Source of the DNA: Octopus vulgaris
Lineage: Eukaryota
Length of the DNA: 64,000 nt
Assembly: GCA_951406725.2 (NCBI GenBank)
Contig: OX597835.1
Coordinates: 34,844,001 to 34,908,000 of the forward strand
Direction of reading: 5' to 3'
The notes beneath the pieces are model-generated. The model saw nothing but the letters and a program-made list of their open reading frames with translations, did not search any database and was not told the DNA's origin. Below, in pieces: positions 1 to 12,298 of this stretch. The translations under genes were made by a program, and so were the position numbers. Every line of letters starts with the position of its first letter. Positions within the stretch are counted from its first letter, which is position 1.

Positions 1-256
1 ACTTTACCTATACTAAAAAATTTTACCATCTAATTCACAAAGTAACCAAACTAATATTTTTCGATTTAAGTTCACATATAATAATTATAAAATAAGAATA
101 ATTAAATAAATGTACGTATCTAAATTATCATTAACAATTTTAAAAAATTAGAAATCCATATTTATCAATCAATAATCATATAGATTACATTATTATTTCT
201 TAAATAAATTGTATACTTATCTCTTCGAAGATATATTATATTATATTATATTATAT

Positions 257-313
<57 letters not shown>

Positions 314-414
314 CATACATACATACATACATACATACATACATACATACATACATACGAGTATATGTATGCCATTTCTCTTTTATTGTTCAGTCTGAAA
401 TCAGGGATCAAGAC

Positions 415-610
415 GTGAAACTGTTGAAGCAGTTGATACAAATAAGTGAAACGATTAAAAAGTTAAGTGATGACCGCTTGAGTAAACGACGGACATGGTA
501 TGGTCAGCGCCAATCAATATGCAGCGAAACATCGGACATATATCTTGATTTGGTGTCACGGTCACCCGATATGGACGAGTTGAGAGAGGCTATGATATTC
601 AGGCAGTTCA
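415..610 (+). mobile_element. Degenerate 3' end of an RTE-X-like non-LTR retrotransposon
   Basis: Translation ..WYGQRQSICSETSDIYLDL..DMDELREAMIFRQ loosely resembles the RTE C-terminal W..G.R..GRP..TY.D.L...EL..AM.DR motif. Confidence 0.3.
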
Positions 611-779
611 GCGAACCTACATCCTTTTCTAGAGAGATCTATTTAGATCCAACTGCAAGCACAGCAATATTCGGTGAGTATATTTTCTATAGTGTAGCTG
701 TTAACCATCGTGTACACCCAAATGGTCATGCTTTGTATTGAGTAGGCCTCATCATAACTTTCAAGAAAAATTTTCTTAA

Positions 780-1140
780 AACATTTCGTTTTTGGATTTG
801 GTTTGCAAGATTCTTTATATGAGTTCGTATGTTGAAGCATATTCTGTTGTGTCTAGGGAGAGTCATTTTCTTTTTGTGCCTTATAATGTAACACACTCAC
901 CGGTAAAATTTCCACTTATTTCTTATTTTTATTTTCCTAAAATTTTCGTTGCGTCTTGCAACCTTTTCAATAGTCTTGACTCTGTCAAGACTATTGTCGA
1001 GAGTCAAGACTATTGAAAAGGTTGCAAGACGCAACGAAATTTTAGGAAAACAAAATTAAGAAATAAGTGGAAATTTTACCGGTGAGTGTGTTACATTATA
1101 AGGCACAAAAAGAAAATGACTCTCTCCAGACACAACAGAA
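780..1140. repeat. Fold-back repeat family member (~140-bp inverted arms)
   Basis: 842-983 is the reverse complement of ~1000-1140; related copies lie at ~29540-29790 and ~39705-39950. Confidence 0.85.
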
Positions 1141-1591
1141 GATTTCTTAAAACAAAATTACCAATAATATTAGTAATATAAAAATGTTAAAAGAACAACA
1201 TGACACGAACTTTCACTGTTAAGTTTTTCAAACACACGTGTTAAAAAAAAAACAGGCATCCTGTCGCTTACATCGACGAGGGTTCTAGTTGATTCAAACA
1301 CTGGAACAGTCAGCTCGTGAAAGTAACGTGCAAGTGGCTGAGCAATCCACAGACACGCGTACCTTTAACCTCTTAACATATTATCCCGTATATTTTTGTT
1401 CAGAGATATCTAGTAAATATATATTTGAACGAAAATATATATTCACTTTACTCTGAGGTAGCTGTCACTGTTTTCTAACCCCAAATATTTCGTTCATGAT
1501 GTTATCCCAATTTTCTATCAGTAACTTCATAATAATTCATAATTGATCCAAAATAATTTGTGTGCTTATTCTTTCATATATACAGATTCGA

Positions 1592-1622
<31 letters not shown>

Positions 1623-2149
1623 TATTTTTTGCATGGAAATGGAGAAAAATGTGTATGTTAAGAAGTTATCGTAGTTCTTGGGAAAATTCAGCATGACACA
1701 GAATGCAACAAGGGTGGCCATTTCAAATACAACTAAAACTCATTTTTACCATTTGAGTGAACCGGAGCAATGTAAGCTTGCAGTATGTGACACGTATGCA
1801 TGTAATACACGTGTTACATACATACATACAAACACATAACGCAGCAGTTTATACATCAGTTCCGAAGGGGAGAAAAACCTATTGGAAACAGTGAATATAT
1901 ATTTCTGATATTATAGTTGTAGTATAACCCCAGGTCAAGTCTGAGGGGGAAAATCTATAGGAAATAGTGCCCTAGTCATGATCATACCGTATTTCTTCAA
2001 ACACTAGAATTATGTTATATGGCCCACTATGAGCCATGGCTTATGGGACTTCAGGCACTGGGGGGCCCCTTTAATTCAGAAATAGAAACATATGTATAGG
2101 AATCAAATAGATAAATTGTATTTTTTTTTACTGTATCTTTTGCTTCTTA

Positions 2150-2555
2150 CTTCTTTCAGTCATTATATATAGGCCATGCTGGGGCACCGTCTTGAAGAAC
2201 TTTTGGACGAATGTACCAGCCCCTGTGCTTGTCTGGTACTTGTTCTATCAGTCATTTTATCGAACCAGTAAGTTACGGGGAAGTAAACACACCAGCATCG
2301 GTTGTCGACCGGTGGTAGGGGGACAAACGCAGACAGAGACACAACACACATAGATACACGCACACACACACGCGCGCACACGCATATACACACACATATA
2401 CTACGGGCTTCTTTCAGTTTCCATTTACTAAATCTACTCACAAAACTTTGGTTGGCCAGAAGCTATAACAGAATACTCCTGCCTCAGGAGCCACGCAGTG
2501 GGACTGAACCTGGAACCATGTGATTGGGAAGCAAGTTTCTTAGTGCGCAGCCACA
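2150..2555 (-). mobile_element. tRNA-derived SINE, family A (diverged)
   Basis: Reverse complement of the element at 21305-21750, with the same internal microsatellite. Confidence 0.75.
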
Positions 2556-2968
2556 AGAATTCTTTTAAAACTATTGATCCCTCTTTTGATCCATTGAGCC
2601 CTTTTACATATAAAAACCCATTAGATTTAACTGAATCCCTTTGAATCTACCGAGACGTTTGAGGAGTGGGGTACTTTTCTAACTGTTTCGAGCCGCTAGA
2701 TTTAATGTGATCCTCTTTATCTTTTATGTTTTTTAATTTGCAAAATCGTTGCGGCCCCCAAAACGTATTGACCCCGGGGCTCCACTAAGTCTAAATCGGG
2801 CCCTGGTGGTGTACATTCAAAGAAATTTGGCTGTTATTTATTGCAGGTCTTGAAAGAACGACCGTGTTGGAGTTTCATCATGTTTCCGTTGAGCGTCGCT
2901 GCATAAATGTGAAGAATTTTTTATTCTTGCAACATTTTAGCAATGCAGATTCGATTCTAGATTGTACT

Positions 2969-3009
<41 letters not shown>

Positions 3010-3216
3010 TGTATATACAACGGGCATCCACATTCTGTCTACCAAATTCACTCACAAACCACTGGTCAGTTCGGGGTCGTTGCAGAAGACACAGTGGGAC
3101 TGAACTCGAAACTAAGTGATTGCCAACTGAGATTCTTAACCACACAGACTAAAAATATTGGTTTTACATTTTGCTTTTCGTTTCTTTGTTATTTAATTAT
3201 TTTATTTGTTCTGCAG

Positions 3217-3929
3217 ATGCCAGTGTACATTTGACGAATGGAAACCACAATAAGGAACCCCAACAGAACTGGGGCATGGATTTATCGAAAGTTCCATTAC
3301 GTCACAGACCTCATTCAGTAGCGATTGTGTGCGAAAAAACCTACAGTATGGATTCTAGTCAGGAATGGCTGTTCAAAAATGATAAATCTTATGCCGAACT
3401 TCTCGAGAGGAGCATTCGTTTGTGGAAAAGCAGACGGTGCGACAGTCAAAGTGATGAAAACGACGAAAAAGTGTTGTCTTTAATAAACGAATATATGAAA
3501 AGTGAGCAGAACCAGAAAAGCATCTCCGACCAAATTAAATGTTTGTCGAAAGATACGTCTAAAAAGGATTATTGCGATGTAGCTGAGAGTGCCGCCGCAG
3601 AAGCGACGGAAAGTGAGTTAGAGACAGCGAATTTCGTCGGTGATAAGGATGTAGTTAGATCGTTAAGTCGATCTTCTGGTACGAGTTTCAATCTTTGTGG
3701 ACAGAGTGATTCTGTCGAAAAGCTTGAAGAGGAAAACGTCTTTCGAAAAGATGTCGAAAAAGATGTCGACTCGAAAGTTTCTTCTAGAATCACTCATAGT
3801 CTCTTTAGTGGTATTAGTAGCAGCAGTAATAGTCGAAATCATAGCAACAACAACACCACCAACGTGACACTATCACCGCAACCAACTCAGCAAAGTGTTA
3901 TTACTGAAGTGAAAAAAAATATTAGATAA
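3217..3929 (+). CDS. Large exon of an unidentified host gene (Ser/acidic-rich, probably disordered)
   Basis: Polypyrimidine tract and ctgcag acceptor end at 3216, followed by ~237 open codons of non-repetitive sequence (DASVHLTNG...KKNIR*); no domain recognised and the 3' boundary (donor or stop) is uncertain. Confidence 0.6.
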
Positions 3930-4074
3930 TCAAAATGGCTGCGATAACGCTTTGAAACTTATTTAAATTATATGCGTGTGTGTGTGAGAGAAAGAGAAAG
4001 AGGGAGATAGAGAGAGTGTGCGTGCGTGCGTGCGTGTGTACATGTGAGTGTGTGTGTTACAATAATAAAAATAA

Positions 4075-4331
4075 ATGCGCCCTTTTAAAACCTAACCAGG
4101 CTCATGGGCCCAGTTTTCCGGTTTCTATGGCGTATGTGTTCCCCAGCTGGACGGGACGCCAGTCCATCGCAGCGTTACTAATTTTTTGCCAGCTGAGTTG
4201 ACTGGAGCAACGTGAAATGAAGTGTTTAGCTCAAGAACACAACGCGTCGCGTCGCCCGGTCCAGGAATTGAAACCACAATCTTACGTTCATGGTGCTGAC
4301 ACCCCAACCACTAAGCCACGCGCCTCCACTG
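4075..4331 (-). mobile_element. tRNA-derived SINE, family C-related
   Basis: Minus strand begins gtggaggcgcgtggcttagtggtt (A box); body shared with 47830-48136. Confidence 0.75.
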
Positions 4332-4503
4332 TGTGTGTTAGAAACGATAGGGAAATAGCGTGGATGAAAACAGCCCACCTCTTATTTAATGTTTAACACT
4401 CATTTTTTATAATCCACTAATTTTTATACCATCTTTATATATTTTTATTGTATCAACATTTTTACTAAGTTGCACACGTCAAACATACGCAGACACCTAA
4501 TTG

Positions 4504-4943
4504 GGATCTTTTCGGTTTGAACGGCAGTTTTTAACATAATTTCTAGGTAACTAAAAAATTTTAAACTTCGTATACTGGTAGAATGTGTTTATAAACATCT
4601 TTTTCTCTTGGCTTTATTGAGAAAATTCTATAGTTTGTAAGATATTTGTTGTTTTTTTTCTTCAATTTCTGCAATTTCAACCAATCACTGACGTGTATTG
4701 GAGGTGAAAACATTCTGTGTCGTATGAATATGTCCCTCGTTTAAGAAACAGATTGGGTTTATTTACATTTGTGAAGAAAAAAAATACCCTCCCCCCTAAC
4801 CCTAACCCTAACCCTAACTAACCCTAATTAATCCTAACCCTAAAACAGATTGAAATGCAATAGATCGATACTAGGGTCATATTTATGGGTGACAATTTCA
4901 TATGATACCGCTAGAAAAACTGCCGTTCAAACCGAAAAGGTCC
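4504..4943. mobile_element. Non-autonomous DNA transposon (Merlin-like MITE) with an internal (CCCTAA)n tract
   Basis: TIRs ggatcttttcggtttgaacggcagtttt / aaaactgccgttcaaaccgaaaaggtcc; 8-bp TSD cctaattg/ccgaattg; GG termini with an 8-bp TSD fit Merlin. Confidence 0.75.
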
Positions 4944-4973
4944 CCGAATTGAACACATCACAAAACTAAACAT

Positions 4974-5033
<60 letters not shown>

Positions 5034-5759
5034 GTATGTACATATAACAAAACAGAACAAAAACGTAGCATTCCGGAGTGCACAACCTTTGTTGAATATT
5101 ATATATTTATATACTTCAGACACGTATTTTTAAAAATCTTAAATGATACACTGTAAATATTATTTCGTGTATGTGTGTACTGTAATAAATATTAAGGCGA
5201 TCTTTGGTTTTAGCTACATATAACTGCGGGACAAAATGTAAAACTCTGTTTCGAGTTTCACCGTTCCAAAAAAAAAAAAAAACCCCAATTATTTTACTTT
5301 CTCTCGAAGGTTCTAAATTCTTATTATGTCAACAACATACCATTCTCGGTGGTAAGAATAAAGCTTCGAAAATGAATAGTGAAATTCAGAGGAGTGATTT
5401 TTGTCCAATAATAGAACGTCTATCATGTCTACAGATGTGGTTTCGAGTCCCATGAACAGCCTTCGATGTTTTTCAATCCAAAGGATTTCTCAAATACAAT
5501 ATTTACTCGCTATTATTTATAGTTGTATGTACTTCAAGTTTTACCGTTCCAAAAATTATTTCACGCTCTCTCGAAGTTTCTAAATTATTATAACGTCAAC
5601 GAAAATAGACATGGGTACATCGAGTAAGCAGAACAAATATGTAAATGCTTAAAAGTCACTTATTGAATAACCTGTTTTATGACCCGTTAGTATTTTTATT
5701 TATTTATAAAAATATTTAACGTTTTTTAGGGGTTTCGGTTGCGCATACTATAGGAATCC

Positions 5760-6070
5760 CAGGGCGCTGCTCCATGTGGTCCCGCAGTTTCCCTCATCCA
5801 TTGTCTTGTATTCAAGATCTTCTGCATGACAGCCTTTTAACTCAGAGTCACGAATCTGATCTGTTAGGTCCTACCGATAACTAAATCCACACCTTGCTAC
5901 CGACGATTCGATTTATTGTCATTGAGGTTTACTCCTCTGATCCTTAAGGTTTTGTCTGTCTCCTACCCTTCGACCTGTCTGACCTCGTAAGATCAGCCTG
6001 AAGATTTCTCTCCCTCAAGCATAGCTCTCTGCGTCAATGGAGCACGCAGGCACTCCATCGCGACAAGGTA
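5760..6070 (-). mobile_element. RTE-clade LINE 5'-UTR remnant
   Basis: Minus strand starts accttgtcgcgatggagtgcctgcgtgctccattgacgcagagagctatgc, resembling RTE 5' ends. Confidence 0.4.
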
Positions 6071-6562
6071 CTTGTTGAATTGGCCGTTGGCCTAGATAGG
6101 GACGACCTAGATAGATAGACAGATAGATAGATTAACTTTTTTTAATAGTAACACTTTTGTTCTAGCTGTTGTTAAAGTAACTTGGAAAGGTCTACAAGTA
6201 AAACAATAATAATACTCCTAGACTTCTATAAAAACCCGTTACAAATTGGTTGTCTTAATCTTAATAGTAAGGAATGTCAGAAAAATAAACCAACCCCTAA
6301 ACAATAATAGTCCCTTCTCCTATAGGCAAAATGCCTGAAATTTTTGCAGGTGGAGGTTAGTTGATTACTTCTACCCAGGTGTTCAACCACGAAACAATGA
6401 AATGCAACGTCGACTTCGGTGGAATTTGAACTCAGAACATAAAGACGGAGAAAATGCCGCTAAGGATTTTATCGGGTGCAATAACTATACAGGCAGCTCA
6501 CTGTCTGCTGATAATAAAACAAGCGGCATTTCAAAGAAGTTATAAAAATATATTCGAAAATA

Positions 6563-6797
6563 TTGGGTTGGTGCACAATTATTGCGGCTTTTTTTTCAAC
6601 AAATGTTATTCAACAAAAGCAATATTTAACAAAAACATCTTTAAATGACGGTCTGACCGTCTGTCAAGCAAATGGGAAGCAGTAATTGAAGTAGATGGTG
6701 AATATGCTCCTGAGAAATCATTTAAAAATGTTTTTGTTACATGGTGTTTTTTTGTTGAATAAAATTTGTTGAGAAAAAAAATTATACACCAACCCAA
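6563..6797 (+). mobile_element. Mariner-derived MITE
   Basis: TA-flanked TIRs ttgggttggtgca/tacaccaacccaa; interior encodes a mariner transposase C-terminus (..RLSSKWEAVIEVDGEY). Confidence 0.8.
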
Positions 6798-7821
6798 TAT
6801 TTAACCGAAGACATTCTTAAAGTAATATATTTCCATTTAATGACGTTTCAATAGTTACTTCTAAGTATTTTCATATTTATTTCGCTTATTGGAGATACCC
6901 TTATCTATTTTCATATTTTCCCAGATTTGTTATAATTTCATTTTTAGTCCTGCAGATATATATATCTAAAAGCCAAAGGTGGCCAATGTTATAAATAGTT
7001 GTTTATTTTAGAAGCAGAAAAAATTTACAGCATTTGCTGACAATCAACAGTATTTCTGAAAATGTTGAAAAGTATTGCCGATGAGTTAAACTAATAAATT
7101 GAGTGTCGATAGTGTGCAATGTGTGGGGAAAGGAAAGTTTAACGGTTTTAAAGACTTAAAAAATATCTTTTCTCCACGGTTCTCCAATATCCTCTGTTTT
7201 ATATTATTGCTGAATATTGTTTGTTAATACTGTGTTAGTGAAATATATTTCTCAGAAAAGTTTATAGTAATATTGTTATTAATTCTGAGTGTATATACAG
7301 CTTTTCACAATTCAGGTATATTCATTTTATAGAATGTGACACATTTACATAAAATTTGTGCAGATTAAAAAAACTGTGCAAACATGCATGTGTGTGTGTG
7401 TAAGATTAAGTGTGTATGTATATATAGGAGTTGTAGTAAAGATTGTTTGCCAACATAACACGGCAGTCCTGGTTTAGGACTAATGTTGCTGTAATCGCCT
7501 CCATCGTCTCCAGCTGGCAATACGACACGATCTGTCTCCTTATATCGTGTCGTACAGCCACATAGGCAAAGAGAAAAATAATGAATTCAATACGACCAGG
7601 ATTAACTACATGCGCATTTCGAGATAAAAGTGATTAAAAATTACGTGTTGATTCATTGTTTTTCTCTTTGCACTGCGTAAAAAAGTGTGTTACTGTCATG
7701 GAGATTCTTAGAGTAGTAGAAAAGGAATTTTTAACTTCTATTTCTAAATTCGGTATGTGGTGAAGCAATTAGCTGACTCCTAATTATAATTATGTTTATA
7801 ATTATAGAATATCTGTGTGTG

Positions 7822-7899
<78 letters not shown>

Positions 7900-9786
7900 G
7901 AGTTTCATGTCCTATCCCGTTCCCTGCTCAGTTTCTGTTTAAATTATAAACAAACTTACAAATACCGGGGGACGTGTGATAGATTTACAAATACTGGCAA
8001 GTAATACAGTTGAATCATAAAATTGATTGATTGTAATGGTAAGTCGAATTGGTGGATCGTTGGAAGGATGAGAGAATTGACGATGTGCGACAGTGAAACA
8101 ACTGATTGGTAGTTGATTATTATAAATTTTGAGGGTCTTCCCTGTTGCTGTCACATTGTGAAATTTTAAAATTACGTCAAAACTTTTTAATTTGGTATTT
8201 TGAAATAATTTTTTACGTCAAATCAGATTTTGTTATTTATTTGTTCCAGAAAAATTGCAGTAAAATGTTACTGGGGTTTAAAGTTTAATCAATTTTACCT
8301 AATCGCAAAACAGGATTTGGAAGCAGGTATTTTCTGCATGATAGCTGTCTATCACAAAGTGAAAGCAAAATCATTAGAAAGAGGAATTTTTACTGAACAC
8401 ACGATAACAAAGCATTACGATGACCAAAGTTGTAAGAACTTCTGAAGTTTTAAGTTTTAATGAATAAAATCATGTGAAACGGTCGAACAAACATGTAAAT
8501 AATTTCAGGGACCCTTAAAATATTATTGTGGATCCCCAATTCATTTTCTTTCGTGGACCCCCAAAAATCTTATATGGACCCCGGTTGAGAAACACTGGGT
8601 TAGATTAAAAAGTCAGTAGAGCAAAAACCCTGAAGGAGGATGAGAGAAGGCACATATATATATTTTTGTGTATGTGCGCATTTGCTAGCCCTTTTTTCTC
8701 GACCTTCAGTCTGTTTTCCTCTACTGATCCCGGTCAAAATTTAGCCAAACGTGTGTCCCTAATTTTCGCAGTAACAATAGTTTGAGTGTCCGTTTATTCA
8801 TTATGCAGCCTATTCTCGCTTGAGGAATTGGCAATACGTTGGAATTCCCCTCGGTAACGCGCAATGAATCAGTGCAGGAACGTCGTTATAACCAACGGAA
8901 GGAAAAATACTTAGTGCTGTAGTACTAAGGGTCTGTATGTGGGAGGGTCTGTGTGTGCGTGTATTCGCATAAGCCTGTGTATATGTGTGTATGTGGATGA
9001 GGGTCTGTGTGTATGCATGGCAAAGGTGAAGTTGCCTTAGTGCGTCATGCCGACTCATAAGTGCCGCTTTCCCGGGTGCCATGGCGCATAAATTCCCCAC
9101 CCGAGCGGGACACCGGTCCATCATAGGATTACTCCTTTTTGCCAGCTGAGTGAACTGGAACTCGTTGCCCGGTCCAGGAACTGAAACCCTAATCTTACGA
9201 TCATGAGTCCAGTACCCCTAACCACTAAGCCACGCGCCTCCACTGTGGGTGAACGCGTCTGTATGTGTGTGTGTGTGTGTGTGCGTATGCGGACGCCTAT
9301 GTATATGCATGTAATTCCAGGGAAAGCGGGGTTTATTCCTTGGTTCCGTTCTCGTAATTGTTTCGCTAATCCAATAACAACAAAACAATGCATGTAGCCC
9401 TTAAAACGATTTTCGTGCATTTATTGAGAATGAGTGTGTGTGTGGCGTTGTATATAGATGTACATAGATAAATAGACAAATATATAGATAGATACACGCC
9501 CCCCCCCACCGCACAGAGATCCCCATACGCTTAATATTACAGTATATTTATAAAGTGTTTGTTAGAATGCGTTTCTGTCCCATATGGCTCAATACGTACC
9601 TGTATTAGAGTGTGTAAATTCAACGATGTGTACAGTTAACTAATATCAACTGCACGAACCCTTCGCGTAGAAGAATACAGTCCGGTGTACTAACACATGA
9701 CTGTGTGTGTGCGTGTGTTCTATTCCTAGTTCCATTCGTTTGAAACGTCCCCGATTCTTAGTTCCATTCGTTTGAAACAGCACTCA

Positions 9787-9842
<56 letters not shown>

Positions 9843-9849
<7 letters not shown>

Positions 9850-9869
9850 GGTTTATATATTCTTATTGT

Positions 9870-9913
<44 letters not shown>

Positions 9914-9930
9914 GTACATACTTACATCTA

Positions 9931-9964
<34 letters not shown>

Positions 9965-10218
9965 TATGTATATGTACATACTTACATCTATCTATCTATA
10001 TATATATATATATATATATGCATATGTGGGCACAGGACGTCACGAACGTGTACAACAAAAAATTACGAAGTACGAGTACATAGAATATGAAGTATTTTTT
10101 TGAGCAACGAAAGACACAAATGGAAAACAAGACAAACAACGTAAAGAATGACCCTTCATCAGTTATTAGCTGTTTTTCTACTCTCGTATTTCGAGCATTT
10201 AACAAAAAAATACGCTTT
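9843..10218. repeat. Local duplicated segment (second copy ~12144-12835, with an insertion)
   Basis: tattagaggtttatatattct.. and gcatatgtgggcacaggacgtcacgaacg.. both recur at 12144 and 12635. Confidence 0.8.
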
Positions 10219-10969
10219 GGTCTTTCGAGGATGCTATCGAGTTATGATTATCGTGTATTTGTTGAGCAAGGTTGTCAAGGCAAGTCACAAATTTGATTTG
10301 CAGAACTAAAGCCTGACCATGTAAAAAAAGAAAAAGAAAAGTAAGCGCAAAATAGTCTGTTAATTATCGAGCGCTTTGTGGCGATACACCTCAGATAACA
10401 TCGCGTTCGATACGATGTTATGTGTTGAGCACACATATGTTCTATCACGATAAAAAATACTCTTGGATCGATTACTTTACTACTCAATTGATTTAATTCC
10501 GGGTACTCTTATTTTGACATAAAGACTTGCGTTTCAAATCGATTCCTTGTTTATTTCGTCCGCTACATATTTTGAACTAGCAAACACACTTGTCCTTTAG
10601 AAAGGTTAAGTTGCTATGGTGGTATTTTTTTCACCAAATATTTGAACTACCGTGAAGGTTTATGACTAGCCCGGCAATCTATATTAGATCTATTGTTTAG
10701 GAAAATACTATTTACTTATTTAAGCGTTGTACTGGATAAATTGCGAAAATAACTCTAACAGTTCAAATACTAAGCAATAAGCATACTCAGTTTGATTTAA
10801 ACGAAATAATTTACGAACACGAATGGGTTATTTCCCTTGGCTATATATAAGGATCCCTCTCAGGAGCGAATGGGTTATTTCCCTTGGATGTTTAAAAATA
10901 ATATATTAGCTATATGGAGTAGATGTAAAAATCCCTTCCAGGGGAGATATTGACACGGGGAGATATTGA

Positions 10970-11170
10970 TATATCGGGTATAGCTGATCATGTATGGAAA
11001 CATGGAGACCACATCGCCCTCCGGATGAAGTTAAAATAATAGAGAGCACCACTGGAAAATACGAAAACTAAAAGAAGCAGCGCATATGCTAGGACACAAC
11101 AGCCTCTGAAGCAGACCGAGTGCAGATATGAACAGCATATGGGAACCGGTATTAAGGAAGGATAAGAAAA
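10970..11170 (+). mobile_element. Penelope-like element 3' fragment (GIY-YIG C-terminus)
   Basis: Frameshifted translation SGIADHVWKHGDH..DEVKII..EHHWKIRKLKEAAHM..SRPSADMNSIWEPVLRK, typical of the PLE endonuclease end. Confidence 0.7.
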
Positions 11171-11213
11171 TATTAGATTTATAATCCCTAAAATTCACTC
11201 ATCAATTGCCAAC

Positions 11214-11287
11214 GGGCATATGGCGTAGTGGTTAAGTTCGTGGGTTACTAACCCCTAGATTCCGAGTTCGATCCCAGGCAGTAACCT
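11214..11287 (+). ncRNA. tRNA-like (Pol III A/B box) sequence, probably a repeat head and not a functional tRNA
   Basis: A box tggcgtagtgg, anticodon-like arm ggg-ttactaa-ccc, B box gttcgatcc; acceptor stem pairs poorly. Confidence 0.55.
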
Positions 11288-11410
11288 AAATAATAATATT
11301 TTTATTGTTATTATCATTAATAATAATAATGATAAATAATAATAATAATAACAACAACAACATCGAAAAATACCTTAGGAATGAGTACCCAGGTTCGAAA
11401 TTTCCCCAAG

Positions 11411-11454
11411 ACACCTGATGAAGGCTGGAGAGTATATCAACCGAAACGTTATGT
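11411..11454 (+). ncRNA. Minimal type I hammerhead ribozyme (PLE-associated)
   Basis: acac-CUGAUGA-a-ggcug..caacc-GAAAC-GUU-augu: both core boxes, stem II, palindromic stem III. Confidence 0.65.
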
Positions 11455-11564
11455 TAACAAGAAAGATGAGGACAAATATCCGTCAAATGTAAATAATGAA
11501 CTTACTGATTGTCATATCGAGGTCTCATTCATTCTTTTTTGTCATTTTATCATTATTATTATTA

Positions 11565-11612
<48 letters not shown>

Positions 11613-11659
11613 TATATATACATGTATATTTATACGCATGTCTATATTTATATTCTTGA

Positions 11660-11690
<31 letters not shown>

Positions 11691-11789
11691 AAGTTAATCC
11701 AAACAAGAAAAAACAGAAAAAAACACAGCAACGCGAGGACGTGGAACAATTAAAGTATTATTTGACGCTCAGGAAAGAAGGGAAGGAAG

Positions 11790-11824
11790 GTTTAACGTTT
11801 CGAGCGGAGCTCTTCGTCGGAAAC
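11790..11824 (-). ncRNA. Hammerhead-like motif with variant core CCGACGA
   Basis: Minus strand guuu-CCGACGA-a-gagc-ucc-gcuc-GAAAC-GUU-aaac; same motif at 60177-60211. Confidence 0.5.
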
Positions 11825-12171
11825 AAAGGAGAAGGAAAGATCCCGAGAAGGGAAGACATATATATCCTCTGCACACCCTGATGATTTTTCGTACAACGTA
11901 TTTAAAATGTAAAATTATATATTTATGTATATTTTGTAATTTTAGTTTTGTTTGTGAAATGAAACAATTGTTGGTGAATATGTTGATTAATTAATAAATT
12001 GACTTGTTTCCATTATATCTCTCTGTCTTCTAACTCGATCAAAAAATGCTTGATATCTTACAATATTCTGTATAATATATTCAGTGAAGAATTATCACTT
12101 CAATATTTAAAATATGAAACCAGTGTATCTAGGATAAATATCCCTATTAGAGGTTTATATATTCTCATTGT

Positions 12172-12230
<59 letters not shown>

Positions 12231-12256
12231 TATATACATATGTATATGTACATACT

Positions 12257-12298
<42 letters not shown>

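Noticed and set aside
7050-7093. Possible short terminal exon (FLKMLKSIADELN*)
   Set aside because: Weak acceptor and too short to support without transcripts
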